Source of the DNA: Mobula hypostoma
Taxonomy: Eukaryota
NCBI RefSeq assembly: GCF_963921235.1
Contig: NC_086097.1
Span: forward strand, 214,770,001 to 214,834,000
DNA length: 64,000 nt
Direction of reading: 5' to 3'
In this document: positions 37,590 through 50,887 of the stretch, in pieces
Numbering within the stretch: the stretch's first letter is position 1
How the letters are laid out: every line of letters begins with the position of its first letter
The notes under the pieces: generated by a model
Told to the model about the DNA's origin: nothing
The model's database searches: none
Seen by the model: the letters and a program-made list of their open reading frames with translations, nothing else
Program-made: the position numbers and the translations under genes

Positions 37590-37898
37590 TATACATCCAC
37601 TGATGCTTCTGGACACATCTTCAGTGAGGTTCCTGGAATCATCGGGTGTTTCGGGTCTTTCAACATCATACAACCTCCTCCAGGTGACCCAGCCGGGGCT
37701 GATCAGACCCTAGCTTGTGTCCAGATGGCTAGCTACTTAATGCTCCATGGCTCCCCTCTTTTGAGCCACAGCCATCTTGAGGCCCTCTCTGCCGCATCGG
37801 TGGTGCTGTGGATGGCTCTCCTCTTCCTCTCTCCCTCGATGCCCAAGATGCTGAAGGCTCTAACTAAAGAATGGGCTACAAATCTCCTACAACCAACT
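37590..37898 (-). mobile_element. Hero/R2-group (restriction-like endonuclease) non-LTR element 3' end
   Basis: VGCRRF...AAERASRWLWLKR resembles the EVGCRGF...AExASxWLW C-terminus of Hero-type elements. Structured 3' UTR closed by CTGGACACA/TGTGTCCAG. Confidence 0.7.
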
Positions 37899-38419
37899 GA
37901 GAAACATGAAATGTTACATTTTGGTTTCAAAAATTATAATGCATATAACTTAAAAATTATAAATCTAAATGATTTTCAGAAACAGAGAGACGTGGAAGTA
38001 TGTGTGCATGCTTATTGTTTGAGGAAAGTGAAAGGGCAGCTTGAGAAAGTGATTATAAAAGCATATAAATCCTGCAGTGTATAACATGGAGCACAGCAGA
38101 AGAACAAGGACTTCATGATGAACCTTTATAAAATATTGATTCAACTGTAACTAGAAAATTGTAATCAATTCTGGATGCCACAGTTTTAGGAAAGGTGTGC
38201 AGGCTTTGGAGAGGGTGCAGATGAATTATTAAAATAATGTCAGGCGTGAGAGGGCTTAGTTATCTGGAGATGCTGGAGTTGTGTCCAGAGCTGATTGAGT
38301 GTACCTTTACATTCATGGGAGGGTCAAGAACTCGGGAATGTAGAATGAAGATGATTAACAAAATAATCAAAAGTGACATGGATCTCTTGCACTCATGGGG
38401 TATGTTTGATTAGATTTTT

Positions 38420-38952
38420 CTAAGACCATAGGTAGAATTAGGCCATTTGGCACACTTAGTTTTCTCCACCATTCTATTATGGCTGATTTGTTTTCCCCTC
38501 ATCCCCATTACCTTTGATGCCCTATTAATCAAGAGCCTATCAAACTCTGCTTTAAATATACCTAATGACTTGATATCCACAGTTGTCTGTGGCAATGAAT
38601 TCCACAGATTTACAACTCTCTGGCTAAAGAAATTCCTCCTCATCTCTGTTCTAAAGGGACATCCTCCTATTCTGAGGTTGCGTCCTCTGACCCTAGACTT
38701 CCCTCATTACAGGAAGCAGTCTCTCCCAAGATTTTTCAATATTTGATAAATTTCAATGCATATTCTAAACTCCAGTAACTAACAGGTCCAGGGCCATCAA
38801 ACTCTCCTCTTACATTAATTATTTTATTCCCAGCATAATTTTTGTAAATTTCTTCTGGACCCTCTCCAATGCCAGTACATCCTTCCCTAGATATGGGGCC
38901 AAAACTGATTACAATACTCTAAGTGGGGTTTGACCAATGCCTTATAAAGCCT
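38420..38952 (-). mobile_element. CR1 3' fragment
   Basis: RRNFFSQRVVNLWNSLPQ. Confidence 0.85.
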
Positions 38953-39199
38953 AAGTGATGATCCTATTGTCATTTTCCAAATGAAGCATCGTTTTGATCG
39001 ATATTGACTGGGACCATTACTTGCACTACAAGAGCGTGTTGGATGATCTGAATACTGTATCAAGGGCTCAATCTGTTTTGAGTTGTTTCAGCATCTGGAA
39101 GTCTCAAGTATGTCTGTAAAAGAAGTTATCTACTATTCCAAAGAGATTTAATGTGCTTTTCATTTGGCTCTATGAGTTCATTTACAAAGATAAATACTG

Positions 39200-39490
39200 T
39201 ATAAAAGGTAAAGATTAGCTCTGTTTGTCGCATGTATATCAAAACATTGAAATAGAGTCAAATGTGTCCCTTGCGTCAACAAACAACTCAGCTTGAGGGT
39301 ATGTTGGGGGCAGTCCGCAAATGCTGCCCTACTTCTGGCATGCCCACAACTTACTAACCCTCATCTGTACGTCTTTGGAATAAAGGTGGAAACCCACACG
39401 GTGACGGGGAGTACGTACAAGCTGCTGACAGATAACGGTTGGAATTGAACCTCGATTGCTGGTACGGTGAAGCATTCTGCTAACCGCTGT
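39200..39490 (-). mobile_element. tRNA-derived V-SINE-like element
   Basis: GGAATTGAACC (reverse B box) and AAACCCACACGGTGACGGGGAG core. Confidence 0.65.
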
Positions 39491-39660
39491 GGAAATGAAT
39501 AAACAGTCGACATCTCAGACCGAGACCCTTCATCAGGTCTCGGCCCAAAACATCGATTGTTTTCATCTCCATAGTTGCTGCCCACCCTGCTAAGTTCCTT
39601 CATCATTTTGTGTGTGTGTGTTGCTGTAGATTTCCCGCATCTGTAGAATCTCTTGGGTTT
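39490..39660. mobile_element. Older inverted pair of Penelope-like termini
   Basis: Minus copy CCTGATGAAGGGTCTCGG...GTCGACTG is joined to a plus copy starting GGTCTCGGCCCAAAAC at about 39536. Confidence 0.75.
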
Positions 39661-39956
39661 AAGGTATCACTATACCACGATCCTGGCATGATTCAGCTGG
39701 GAAGCCATAACTTATGAAAATTTTGTCCTTATCACAATGAGAAGCTCCTAGAAAGGCAAGGCAGCTAGATATACAGAAAAACATACATCAGTGTCACTGG
39801 CAAATGGTTTCTCTTTGCCGGGTGTTTGCTCATTCATAATGTTGGAGCTGCCACTGAGGCTGACATTCTCTGAGTCCCTTATGAGCACTTTCCCAAGATA
39901 AGCTTCAAACTAACTGCTGTATACAAGGACCTTGACCAGAACTGCAAGTTTATGAT

Positions 39957-40777
39957 TGTTATGAACTGTGACGTCTTAGAAATAAACCAGCAGCCGGAGA
40001 TTTCACACTGTTGGGTTTTAATGCTAAAACAACTATCTTTATTAGTATCTACCTATAATATCATAACTTAACCAAGATAAACAAATGTTAACAGTGTTGT
40101 GTGTATATATGTGTGTAAATATAGCTCCCAAACTATGTTGAGTTTTGGGAAACAAGGCTTAGAGTCTTGAGATGGTAAAGTAGGAAAGTTCAGTAATCCT
40201 CAAAATAAATGATAGGAGAGAGAGATTTGTAATCCAGGGTGAAACGTAGAGAAAAGGTGGTTATGTCAAATTCCACAGGTAAACAAACGTATCGTTGTCA
40301 AAGATCTTGCCCGTCATTTTGTTCCAAATCCACATACGAGTTATCACCAAAAGTGACCTGTCACAGGGATATCGTCTTCAAGTGGTTGCCACACCACATA
40401 CCCAGGCAAGGGTTAACACAAAAGTGGTCTCCACAGGATATCCCGAGAAGTCGACTCCTTTTGATGATACAAAGTGACAGACACATACTCTATATGCACT
40501 CCATGCCGATGTTTAACCCACCCTTGTGGGCTTAGGAGAGTTCCAAGCCCCAGCTGTGACAAGCTGAAGCTACCGGCTTCCCCAGACTGTCTCTCCCCCC
40601 CTCCCCTTCTCCCCCCTTCTCCCCTTCTCCCCCCTTCTCCCCCTCTCTACCCCCTGACAGTTGCTTTCTGTATGAGTTTAAGTTCGCAGCAGCCCGTGAC
40701 TGACGTCATAGTCCCGCCTCACTTAGGCACTCTTAAAGTAACAGTCCACAGTAAATGAAACCTATGGGTTCATAACA
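39957..40777 (-). mobile_element. Solo LTR (821 bp)
   Basis: TG...CA ends with 10-bp inverted termini TGTTATGAAC/GTTCATAACA and 5-bp TSD ATGAT (39952-56, 40778-82). Orientation inferred from minus-strand AATAAA near 40040. Confidence 0.85.
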
Positions 40778-41190
40778 ATGATATTTTGTTATTGGCTCTG
40801 GGATCAAGCCCTCAGGTTATTATGTGCAATGTTCTCTTACCAAGGTTTCCAGTGGTGCTTCATTTCTGTTATAAAGGGCTTTTTTCATCATCCCCACTAT
40901 CCAGGGCCTCCCTGAACACATCCACAACTTCCAATAAAATGTCTTGGGACTATGAAATGTGCTAGCGTGACTGCTCCCCAAGCTCCACAATAATGTCCTA
41001 CAGTGGATCTATCTAACTTAATGATTCTGGTGTGATGCCATTTAGCACTGGTCCATTTCACAGGGTTTCAGGGGCCCCTAAAATTACTTGGGCAAAAAAG
41101 AAAATCCTGATTAATGCTTCCAAAATTCCAGAAGCGTGGATACAAAAAAAAAATACACAAAAGACAGAGGAACACACTGAGATTAGTTGA

Positions 41191-43258
41191 AAGCAACACA
41201 CACAAAATGCTGGAGAAACTCAGCAGGCCAGGCAGTGTCTATGGGATGTTTCGGGCTGAGACCCTTCATCAGGACTGGAAAGGAAGGGGGAAGGAGTCAG
41301 ACTAAGAAGGTGGGGGGAGGAAAGGAAAAGGTGCAAGGTGGTAAGTAATAGGTGAAACCAGGAGATGGGGAGGGTGTGAAGTAAAGAGCTGGAAAGTTGA
41401 TTGGTGAAAGAGATAAAGTGTTGGAGAAGGGGGAAAGATGCTCGGTGAAGCGATCTCCCAATCTATGTTGGGTCTCACTTATATACAGGGGACCACACCA
41501 GGAGCGCCAGATACAGTAGATGACCCCAATGGACTCACAGAAGAAGTGTCACCTCACCTGGCAGGACTGTTTGGGGCCCTGATTGGTAGTGATGAAGGAG
41601 AAGGTTGTAGGGGAAGGTGTAGAACTGGTCCTCACCCTCAATAATTCTTCGGCTCCTCTTACTTTCTTCAAACCAAAGTGTAGTCATGGGCAGTCGCATA
41701 AATCCAAGCTATGCCTGACTTTTTGTCAGCTATGTGGAACAGTTCATGTTCCAAGCCTACACTGGTATCACTCCCCAACTTTTCCTATGCTACATTGACA
41801 ACTGCATCGGTGTTGCTTCCTGCACCCATGCTGAGCTCATCGATTTCATCAACTTTGCCTCCAACTTCCACCATGCCCTCAGATTTACTCGGTCCATTTC
41901 TGACATCTCCCTCCCCTTTCTGCTCTCTTTGACTTCATTTCTGAAGACAGACTATCTACTGATATCTTTTATAAACCCACATTGTCACAGCTATCTGGAC
42001 CATACCCCTTCCTCCCTGTCACTTGTAAAAATGCCATTCCCTTTTCTCAGTTCCTCCGACTCTGCCACTCCTGCTGTCAGGATGAGACATTTCATTTCAG
42101 AGCAATTGAGATGTCCTCCTCCTTCAAAGGTAGGGGCTTCTGTTTCTCCACCATCAATATTGCCCACACCTGCGTCTCTTCCATTTCTTTCACATCTGCC
42201 CTTATCCCATCCTTCCGCCACCACACCAGGAATAGGGTTTTTTTTGTCCTCACCTACCACCCCACTAGCCTCCGCATCCAGCACATAATTCTGCATATTC
42301 TCCACCATCTCCAGTGGGATCCTACCACCAAGCACATCTTCAGCCCCACCCCCCCACCCCCACTTTTGGTGTCCCCCACAGATTGCTCCCTAAGTGTTTC
42401 ATTTGTCCTTTTGTCCCTGCCTACTGATCTTCCCCCAGCACTTCTTCATACAAGTGGAACAAGTGCCACACCTGCCCCTACACCACCTTCTTCACTACCA
42501 TCTGGAGCCCCAAACAGTCCTTCCAGGTGAGGCAGCACTTCACCTGTAAGTCTGTTGGGGTCATCTACTCATATCCAGTGCTCTTGATGTGGCCTCCTGT
42601 ATATCAGTGAGAACTGATGTAGGTTGGGAAGACCGCTTCACCGAGCACCTTTGCTCCATCTACCACAGAATGCGAGATCTCCTGATGGTCACTCAATGCA
42701 ATTCTGACACGCCAGTCCATGGCTTCCACTTCTGCCACGATGAGGCCACACTCAGGTTGGAGAAGCAACACCTTATATTCCATCTGGGTAGCCTCCAACC
42801 TGATGGCATGAACATCGATTTCCCAAACTTCTGGAAATGCCACCCCCCCCCCGCCTTCAGCATCCCCCATTCCCATTTCCCTCTCTCACCTTATCTCCTT
42901 ACCTGTCAATCACCTTCCTCTGGTGCTCCTCCCCTTCCCCCTTTCTTCCATGGTCTTCTGTCCTCTCCTATCAGATTCCCCCTTCTCCAGCCCTTTATCT
43001 CTTTCACCCATCAACTTCCCAGCTCCCTCTCTCTCCTGGTTTCACCTATCACCTACCACCTTGTATTTCTCCTTCCCCTCCCCCCACATTCTTAATCTGA
43101 CTTCTTCCTATTATTTTCACTCCTGATGAAGGGTCTTGGCCCGAAACGTCGAATGTTTATTCTTTTCCATGGGTGCTACCTGGACTGTTAAGGTCCTCCA
43201 GCATTGTGTGTGTGTGTTGCTTTGGATTTCCAGCATCTGAAGATTTTCTCATGTTTGT
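41191..43258. mobile_element. Penelope-like element: inverted 3' segment (41191-41583, -) plus truncated RT/GIY-YIG body (about 41615-43258, +)
   Basis: LCYIDNCIG (RT), HLIFHLGSLQPDGMN (endonuclease end), and hammerhead motifs at both outer ends. Confidence 0.88.
43118..43155 (+). ncRNA. Minimal hammerhead ribozyme, core intact, one stem I mismatch
   Basis: CACTC-CTGATGA-A-GGGTCTTGGCCC-GAAA-CG-TC-GAATG. Confidence 0.7.
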
Positions 43259-44989
43259 GGTACAAGTGTCATGCCTAGCACTATTTCAGTGCATTTTTTT
43301 AATGGGCTGAGGATCTTCAAAACACAGTTCCTTTTTTAGGGCTTGAGCACGCAGTGCTGCTGTCCTCTGGATTCCTCAGCAAGACAAAGCTATTGGTTTT
43401 ATTTGCAGACTTTAATCAGGCCCCTCTCAGTGCAACTGTTTTAATGCTCCATGCATTAAATACAAGGAGCGAGGTGCTGACACTAGAACAGAACATACAT
43501 ACAGGATAAATTATGTTTAAATTGTTAGTTTGCAGAAAATTAGAGAGTGTAATGGAGTTCAGTGAATCAAGTGTTTAGCAGATAAATAGATGGAGTGACA
43601 GGCGATCACTTCGTTGTTTGTAAAAGCTGGGTATATATGTGGCTATGCTAAAATGTATAAAAGTTTCCTGGATTCAGTTTTACAAAGGAACAACAGTAAT
43701 GATGGATGATTCATATGGCTTCAACTGTCAGTTAAGGCAACAGGAAAGACAACAAAAGCACATTATTTATTTGTTACTGTAAAATTACTTCCCAATTTGA
43801 CAAAGCCAATAACCTAGAAACTGGGTTACACAGAGTGTATTTTTATGTACTACCCTAGCTTCCAAGTCACTAGTGTGGAAGATACATCACTTCAACGTTC
43901 ATCACAAAGAGCAGCTTAATAGATTTCATCTGGCCAGGTCCTGGAGGATTCAGCTGCCAGACTGGGTCTGTGACAGGTTATGAGTGAACTAGCACAAGAT
44001 AAGTAAACATGTGGCCCTACTCAATCCATCTGTCACAGATGCATCCATCCATGGCCATACTAATAGGAGTAATCAACACAATCCTCATGGAGGAATCCAT
44101 TCATCACACAGTGTAGCATTATCTTCACTTAGAGCTAAGTGATGCCACATGCAATGAATCAGACAGCAGTTCTGCAGTCTTGCCACATCCAGTTATGAAT
44201 TGTGGTAGACAGTGTTGCATCTAGCAGAAAAGATGCTTCAAGGATTTTCGCAAGCTAAACAATAGTGGCATCTAGCATCTGAATGCTCAAGGCAAACACT
44301 TGCCACCACGTTCAGGCAGAAGAACTAACCTGGCTTCCACTTGATACTGCAGCCATCACCAAAGACAGCATTACACCAATTCAATTATTTCATTGATTTA
44401 ACAAGAAACAGCTAAGGGAACTAAACCAAAGAACATTACTGCTGCAGAATAGCGAACCTGCATTCCCGAACAACCTGTTGCAGATAGTGCAAGACATCTC
44501 CAATAAAGACACTCAGTCTATTCTCAATTATTAGTGAAATGATAGGGATGTCTCTGGAAGTGCCAATATCTGCTAAAAAAAAGTCTAATTTGGATCTCAC
44601 CAAGACCACTCAACTCCAGACCTCATCATAGCCTTGGGCCAACATGGATCAAAGAACTAAATTCCAGTGGTGAGTTGAGGGTTACCATGCTTGACATCAA
44701 GGTACTTTTGACCCAGTGGTAAAGCGGCATCAAGGAGTTCAAATAAAATTGATGTCAATGGGTGTGCATTGAAGAACATTCAATAATCGGAGTTGAACCT
44801 TGTATAAAGGAACATAGTTGTGTGTTTAGAAATCAATCATAGCAGCCCAGGGATACATAATTCAGGAGTTCTTCAGGGCACTACCCTTGGCCAAACCATC
44901 TTCATTTGCTTTATCAATTTACTTGCTTCCATCATTAGATCAGAAACATGCTTGTACTCCAACAAGTCGACCCAGTCTTAAATCTTAAA

Positions 44990-47900
44990 GGATTATGTGC
45001 GTAGACCAAAAAGAAGAGGGGCCATACTAGACCTGGTGTTGGGGAATTAGTCTGGCCAAGTAACTGCTCCTTCAGTGGGAGAATAGTTAGGAAATAGTGA
45101 TCACAACTCTGCAAGAGTTTAAGTAGCTCTAAATAAGAGCAAATATGGACCTTGTAGGAGAGTATTAAATTGAGTAGGGCAAATTACAAGAGCTTTAGGC
45201 AGGAACTGGGGAGAGTTAACTGGGAACAGCTATTTTTGGGCAAGTTTACAATTGATGTGTAGAAGAAATTTAAAGACCAACTGCACAGAGCACAGGACCA
45301 CTAAGTTCCAGTAAGAAGGAAGGACAAAGATGACAAGGTAGGGGAACCTTGTATTATGAGAGGGCAGGTGAATTTAGTTGGGAAGGAAAGGAAACATATG
45401 TAAGGTTTGGGAAGCTAAACTGAAACAGAGCCCTTGAAAATTATAAACAAACAAGAAGAAACTCAAGAGGGCATTAGAAACAGGAGAGGGTGTGAAAAAT
45501 ACTTGGCAAGTGCAGTAAGTTTAAAGGGAATCCTAAATCATTCTATACATACAGCAAGAGCAAGGGGATAATTAGGGAATAGCTAGGACCACTCAAGTTT
45601 GAAGGAGGGAGCATCTGCTTGGAGACAGAGGAGGTGAGACAAGTCCTAAAGAATCTGAATCAGGTTAAATATCAGAGGCATGTCATGAAATATGTTGCTT
45701 GTTTGAGTACTTTGTATCAATATTTACAAGGAGAAAGTCGTGGAGAGCAGTGTGGAATGTGTTAATATGCTTAACATTTTGAGATAAATAAAGGCCGTGT
45801 TAAATCTCTTCAAGAACATTAAGGTTGGATAGGTTCCCAGGGCAGGATTTGATATAATCCAGGTTATTGAGAGAGACAAGAGATGAGATTTCTGAAGCTT
45901 TGTTCAAAATATTCAAATCCTTTCCAGCCTCAGGCGAGGTCCCAGAGGACTGGTGAGTAGCTAATATTGTTCTGTTATTCAGGAAAGGAAATAATGTTAG
46001 TCTTGGAAACTATAGACTTGTGAGTCTCTCCAGTGGTCAATCAGTTACTGGAGATGGATCTTAGGGATAGGATCCATGAGCAATTTGAATACCATGGCCC
46101 AATTAGGGACAATCAGCATTGTTTTATATGGACTAACTAACTTGTGAAAGTGATGAAGGGATTGATGACGCTACAGCTGTGGACGTTGGCTATTTAGAAT
46201 TTTGTAAGGTGTCTGACAAGTCCCCTCATGGGAGGCTCATCCAGAAGATTAAGAAGTGTCAGATCCAAGGTGAACTGGATGGTAAATTGCAGATGGAGTT
46301 TCATCCAGTGAAATGTAAGGTGTTGCTCTTTGGAGATCTAATGTAGATGGATAAAACAGTTTTAATGGTTGCCCCTTAACAGTGTTGGTGTGAAGAAGTT
46401 CAAGTCCATAGCTCCCTGAAAGTACTTGCGCAGGTTGACAGGATGGTAAGAAAAGGCAAAAAGTTTGCTTGACTTGATTAGTCAAAACACTGAGTTCAAG
46501 AGTTGAGACATCACGTTTCAATAGGTTTCAAAAGGTACATTTAATGTCAGAGAAATGTATACAATATACATCCTGAAATTCTTTTTCTTCACAAACATCT
46601 GCAAAAACAGGTGAGTGCCCCAAAGAATGAATGACAATTGCAGATTAGTGAAACTCTAATTTGGCAGCATCTGGAGTATTGCATTCAGTTCTGGTTGCTT
46701 CATTATCGAAGGATGTGGAGGCCTTGGCAAGGGTGCAGAAGACGTTCAATAGGAGGTTGCCTGGATTACAGTACCATAAGACAAAGGAGCAGAAGTCAGC
46801 CATTTGGCCCATCAAGTCTGCTCTGCTATTTTATCATGAACTGATCCATTCTCCCACTTAGTCCCACTCCCCCGCCTTTTCACCATAACTTTTGCTGCCC
46901 TGGCTACTCAGATACCTATCAATCTCTGCCTTAAATACACCCAATGACTTGGCCTCCACTGCTGCCTGTGGCAACAAATTCCATAGATTCACCACCTTCT
47001 GACTAAAAAAAATTCTTCGCATTTCTGTTCTGAATGGGCGCCCTTAAGTCATGCCCTCTCGTACTAGACTCCCCCATCATGGGAAACAACTTTGCCACAT
47101 CCACTCTGTCCATGCCTTTCAACATTCGAAATGTTTCTATGAGGTCTCCCCTCATTCTTCTAAACCCCAAGGAATACAGTCCAAGAGTGGACAAACGTTC
47201 CTCATATGTTAACCCTCTCATTCCCAGAATCATTCTAGTGAATCTTCTCGGTACCCTCTCCAACGTCAGCACATCCTTTCTTAAATAAGGAGACCAAAAC
47301 TGCCCACAGTACTCCAAGTGAGGCCTTATAGAGCCTCAACATCACATCCCTGCTCCTATACTCTATTCTTCTAGAAACGAATGCCAACATTGCATTCGCC
47401 TTCTTCACCACCGACTCAACCTGGAGGCTAACCTTAAGGGTATCCTGTATGAGGACTCCCAAGTCCCGTTGCATTTCAGAACTTTGAATTCTCTCCCTAT
47501 TTAAATAATAGTCTGCCCATTTATTTCTTCTGCCAAAGTGCATAACCATACACTTTCCAACATTGTATTTCATTTGCCATTTCTTTGCCCATTCTTCCAA
47601 TCTATCCAAGTCTCTCAGCAGACCCTCTGTTTCCTCAGCACTACCGGCCCCTCCACCTATCTTCGTATGGTCAGAAAACTCAGCAAACATCAGGACATGA
47701 GCTATAAGGAGAATTTGGACATGTTTTAGCTGGAGTGGTGGAGGGAGGCTGAGGGAAGATCTGATTGAGGTTTGTAAGATTATGAGAAACAGATGGAGTG
47801 GACAGATTTTTTATTCAGGATTGAAATGTCTAGTACTAGAGGTATGCATATAAGGTGAGATGTACTAAGTTCAAAGGAGAACTGCGGGGCATTTTTTTTA

Positions 47901-48125
47901 TATAGAGAGTGGTGGGTGACTGGAATGTGCTATCAAGGGTAATAGTGGAAGCAATTACAAGACAGGCATTCAAGAGGCTATTGTACATGCACATGGTTGT
48001 GCGGAGAATGGAGGGATGTGATTGTGTGAGAAGGGGGAGTTGGCTTAGACAGGCATTTACTTACTAGCTGAATGAGTTTGGCACAACAGCATGGACAAAA
48101 GGCCTGCTCCTATCCTGTATTCTAT
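44990..48125 (+). mobile_element. Old CR1 with a younger antisense CR1 inserted at about 46773-47672
   Basis: Decayed ORF2 motifs on plus (HLEYCIQFW); minus-strand ORFs with EEWAKKWQMKYNVGKC and RMRGDLIETFRM. Confidence 0.8.
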
Positions 48126-48975
48126 ATTCAAAGGTTCATTTTATTGTCATGTACAGTACAACTCTGATATTTGTCTTCTCCAGATAGCCATAACATACAC
48201 ACAAAAAAGAAAAAGAAACAAAACTTGCAGGACCCCAGAAAACCCCATTCCTCTCTGCTGAAAAAAACAGCGACAATAGAAACAAATCTTCCACCCCCTC
48301 CCCACAGAAAAAAAATTATCGACAATAACAATCCCCAACCCCCTTATTCTAAATGTACAGTGTTAAATTGCCTTGGCATCTCAGCTGAAAATGGACCAGT
48401 TTATGTTTCTATTCAACAAGATCTGAAAAAGATTTCCTTAAAGGCTCAAAAGCTGCAGTTAACATTTTACGGCAAGAGAGTCGAGCAGTGACCTTTTCCA
48501 TCAAGAGAGAGACATACCCATCCTTGACACTCAGTGACATTATCTTTATCTGGGCCACCATCTTCAATGTCCTGAGGCTCATCACTAACCAGAACTCAAC
48601 TGGACCAGCCACATAAACATTGCAGTTGTCAAAGTAGCTCAGTCTTGATAACCTGAAGTGAGTGACTCCACTCCCGATTCATCAAAGCCATCCACCATGT
48701 AAAAGACAAGGATTAAGAATGTAATAAGAGACTCCCTGCTCTCCTGGGTTTATTTATATATGGACATACAGCATGGAGTAGGCCCTTTGAGCCTGCTCAT
48801 CAGCAATCCCCCAGTTTAATCCTAGCCCAATCACAGGACAATTGACAATGACCAATTAACCCACTAACCGGTACGTGTTTGAACAGTGGGAAAACCCACA
48901 TTAGATTATTAGATTATGAGGACACTCAGTCCTCATTTATTGTCATTTAGAAATACATGCCTTAAGAAATGATAC

Positions 48976-50447
48976 AAACACAAAATAATCTGCAGATGCT
49001 GGGGTCAAAGTAACACTCACAACATGCTGGAAGAACTCAGCAGGTCGGGCAGCATCCGTGGAAATGAACAGTCAACGTTTCGGGCCTGAACCCTTTGTCA
49101 GGACTGAAGAGGGAAGGGACAGAGGCCCTATAAAGAGGGTGGGGGGAGGGTGGGAAGGAGAAGGCTGGTAGGTTCCAGGTGAAAAACCAGTAAGGGGAAA
49201 GATAAAGGGGTGGGGGAGAGGAAGCAGGGAGGTGATAGGCAGGAAAGGTGAAGAAGGAATAGGGGAAAACACAATGGGTAGTAGAAGGAGGCGGAACCAT
49301 GAGGGAGCTGATAGGCAGCTGGGGGGAGGGGGCAGAGAGAAATAGAGATAGGGGAAGGGAGGGGGAGGGAATTACCGGAAGTTGGAGAATTCTATGTTCG
49401 TACCAAGGGGCTGGAGACTACCTAGATGGTATATGAGGTGTTGCTTCTCCAACCTGAGTTTAGCCTCATCATGGCAGTAGAGGAGGCCATGTATGGACAT
49501 ATCCGAATAGGAATGGGAAGTAGAGTTGAAGTAGGTGGCTACGGGGAGATCCTGTCTTTTGTGGCGGACGGAGCGGAGGTGCTCGATGAAGCGGTCCTCC
49601 AATCTGCGTCGGGTTTCACTGATGTAGAGGAGGCTGCACTGGGAGCACCAGTTGCAATAGATGACCCCAACAGACTCACAAGTGAAGTGTTGCCTCACCT
49701 GGAAGGACTGTTTGGGGCCCTGAGTGGTGGCAAGAGAGGAGGTGTAGGGACGTGTAGCACTTACGCTTACAGGGATAAGTGCCGGGTGGGAGATCCGTGG
49801 GGAGGTACGTGTGGACCAGGGAGTCGCGGAGGGACCGAACCCTACGGAAAGCAGAGAGGGGTGGAGAGGGAAAGATGAGCTTAGTGGTGGGGTCCTGTTG
49901 AAGGTGGCAGAAGTTGCGGAGGATAATTTGCTGGATCCGGAGGCTGGTGGGGTGGTAGGTGAGGACAAGGGGAACTCTGTCCCTGTTGTGGTGGTGGGAG
50001 GATGGGGTGAGAGCCGAAGTGCGGGAAATGGAGGAGATGTGGGTGAGGGCATCATTGATGACAGCAGAAGGGAAACCAAGATCCTTAAAGAAAGAGGACA
50101 TTTGAGATGTCCTGGAACGGAAAACCTCATCCTGGGAGCTGATGCGGCGGAGACGGAGGAACTGGGAATAGGGAATGGCATTTTTGCATGTGGCGGGGTG
50201 GGAAGAGGTATAGTTGAGGTAGTTATGAGAGTCAGTGGGCTTGTAGAAGATGTCAGTAGACAGTCTGTCTCCAGAGATGGAGACCAAGAGATCGAGAAAG
50301 GGGAGAGAAGTGTCCGAGATAGACCAAGTGAATTTGAGAGCTGGGTGGAAGTTAGAAGTAAAGTCGATGAAATTGACGAGCTCAGCATGGGTGCAAGAAG
50401 CAGCACCAATGTATTCGTCAATGTAGCGAAGGAAAAGTTGGGGAGCA
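48976..50447 (-). mobile_element. Penelope-like element (RT C-half, Cys-rich linker, GIY-YIG), degenerate hammerhead 49069-49106
   Basis: FLRYIDEYIG, DIFYKPTDSH, PGTYPCKRKC, GVIYCNWCSQCSLLYISET. Hammerhead reads CTGACAA...GAAACGTT. Confidence 0.92.
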
Positions 50448-50887
50448 GTACAATGTTCCTCCAGAGTGATATCACAAAAAAAACAGGACAAACCAAAGAC
50501 TAACACTGACAAGACCACATAGTTATAACATATAGTTACAGCAATGACAAAGAGCAGACCATGGGCACTGTAAAAAAAAGTCTCAAAGTTCCGAACGACT
50601 CCCGATAGTCCCAATAGCAGGCGGCAAAAGGGAGAAACTCTCCCTGCCATAAACCTCCAGGGGCTGACAACTGCCGATCCATTGGAAGCACCTGACCACA
50701 GCCGACTCTGAGTCGGTCCGAAAACTTCGAGCCTCCGACACCGAGCACCAAGCACCATGTCTGCCGAGCGCTTTGACCCCACCCCGGCCGCCGAGCAACA
50801 AGCAAAGCCAAGGACTCGGGGCCTCCTCCTCCGGAGATTCTGGATCACACAGTAGCAGCGACAGCGAAGAAGGCATTTCAGAAGTTT

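Noticed and set aside
37600..37680. CTGAAGA and GAAA motifs in the Hero 3' UTR as a hammerhead
   Set aside because: The required stems and NUH site could not be assembled.
49372..50848. Long overlapping ORFs (374, 390, 230 aa) as intact genes
   Set aside because: They are frameshifted PLE RT/endonuclease fused to a neighbouring TE UTR, plus shadow frames; the RT motif reads YIDE.
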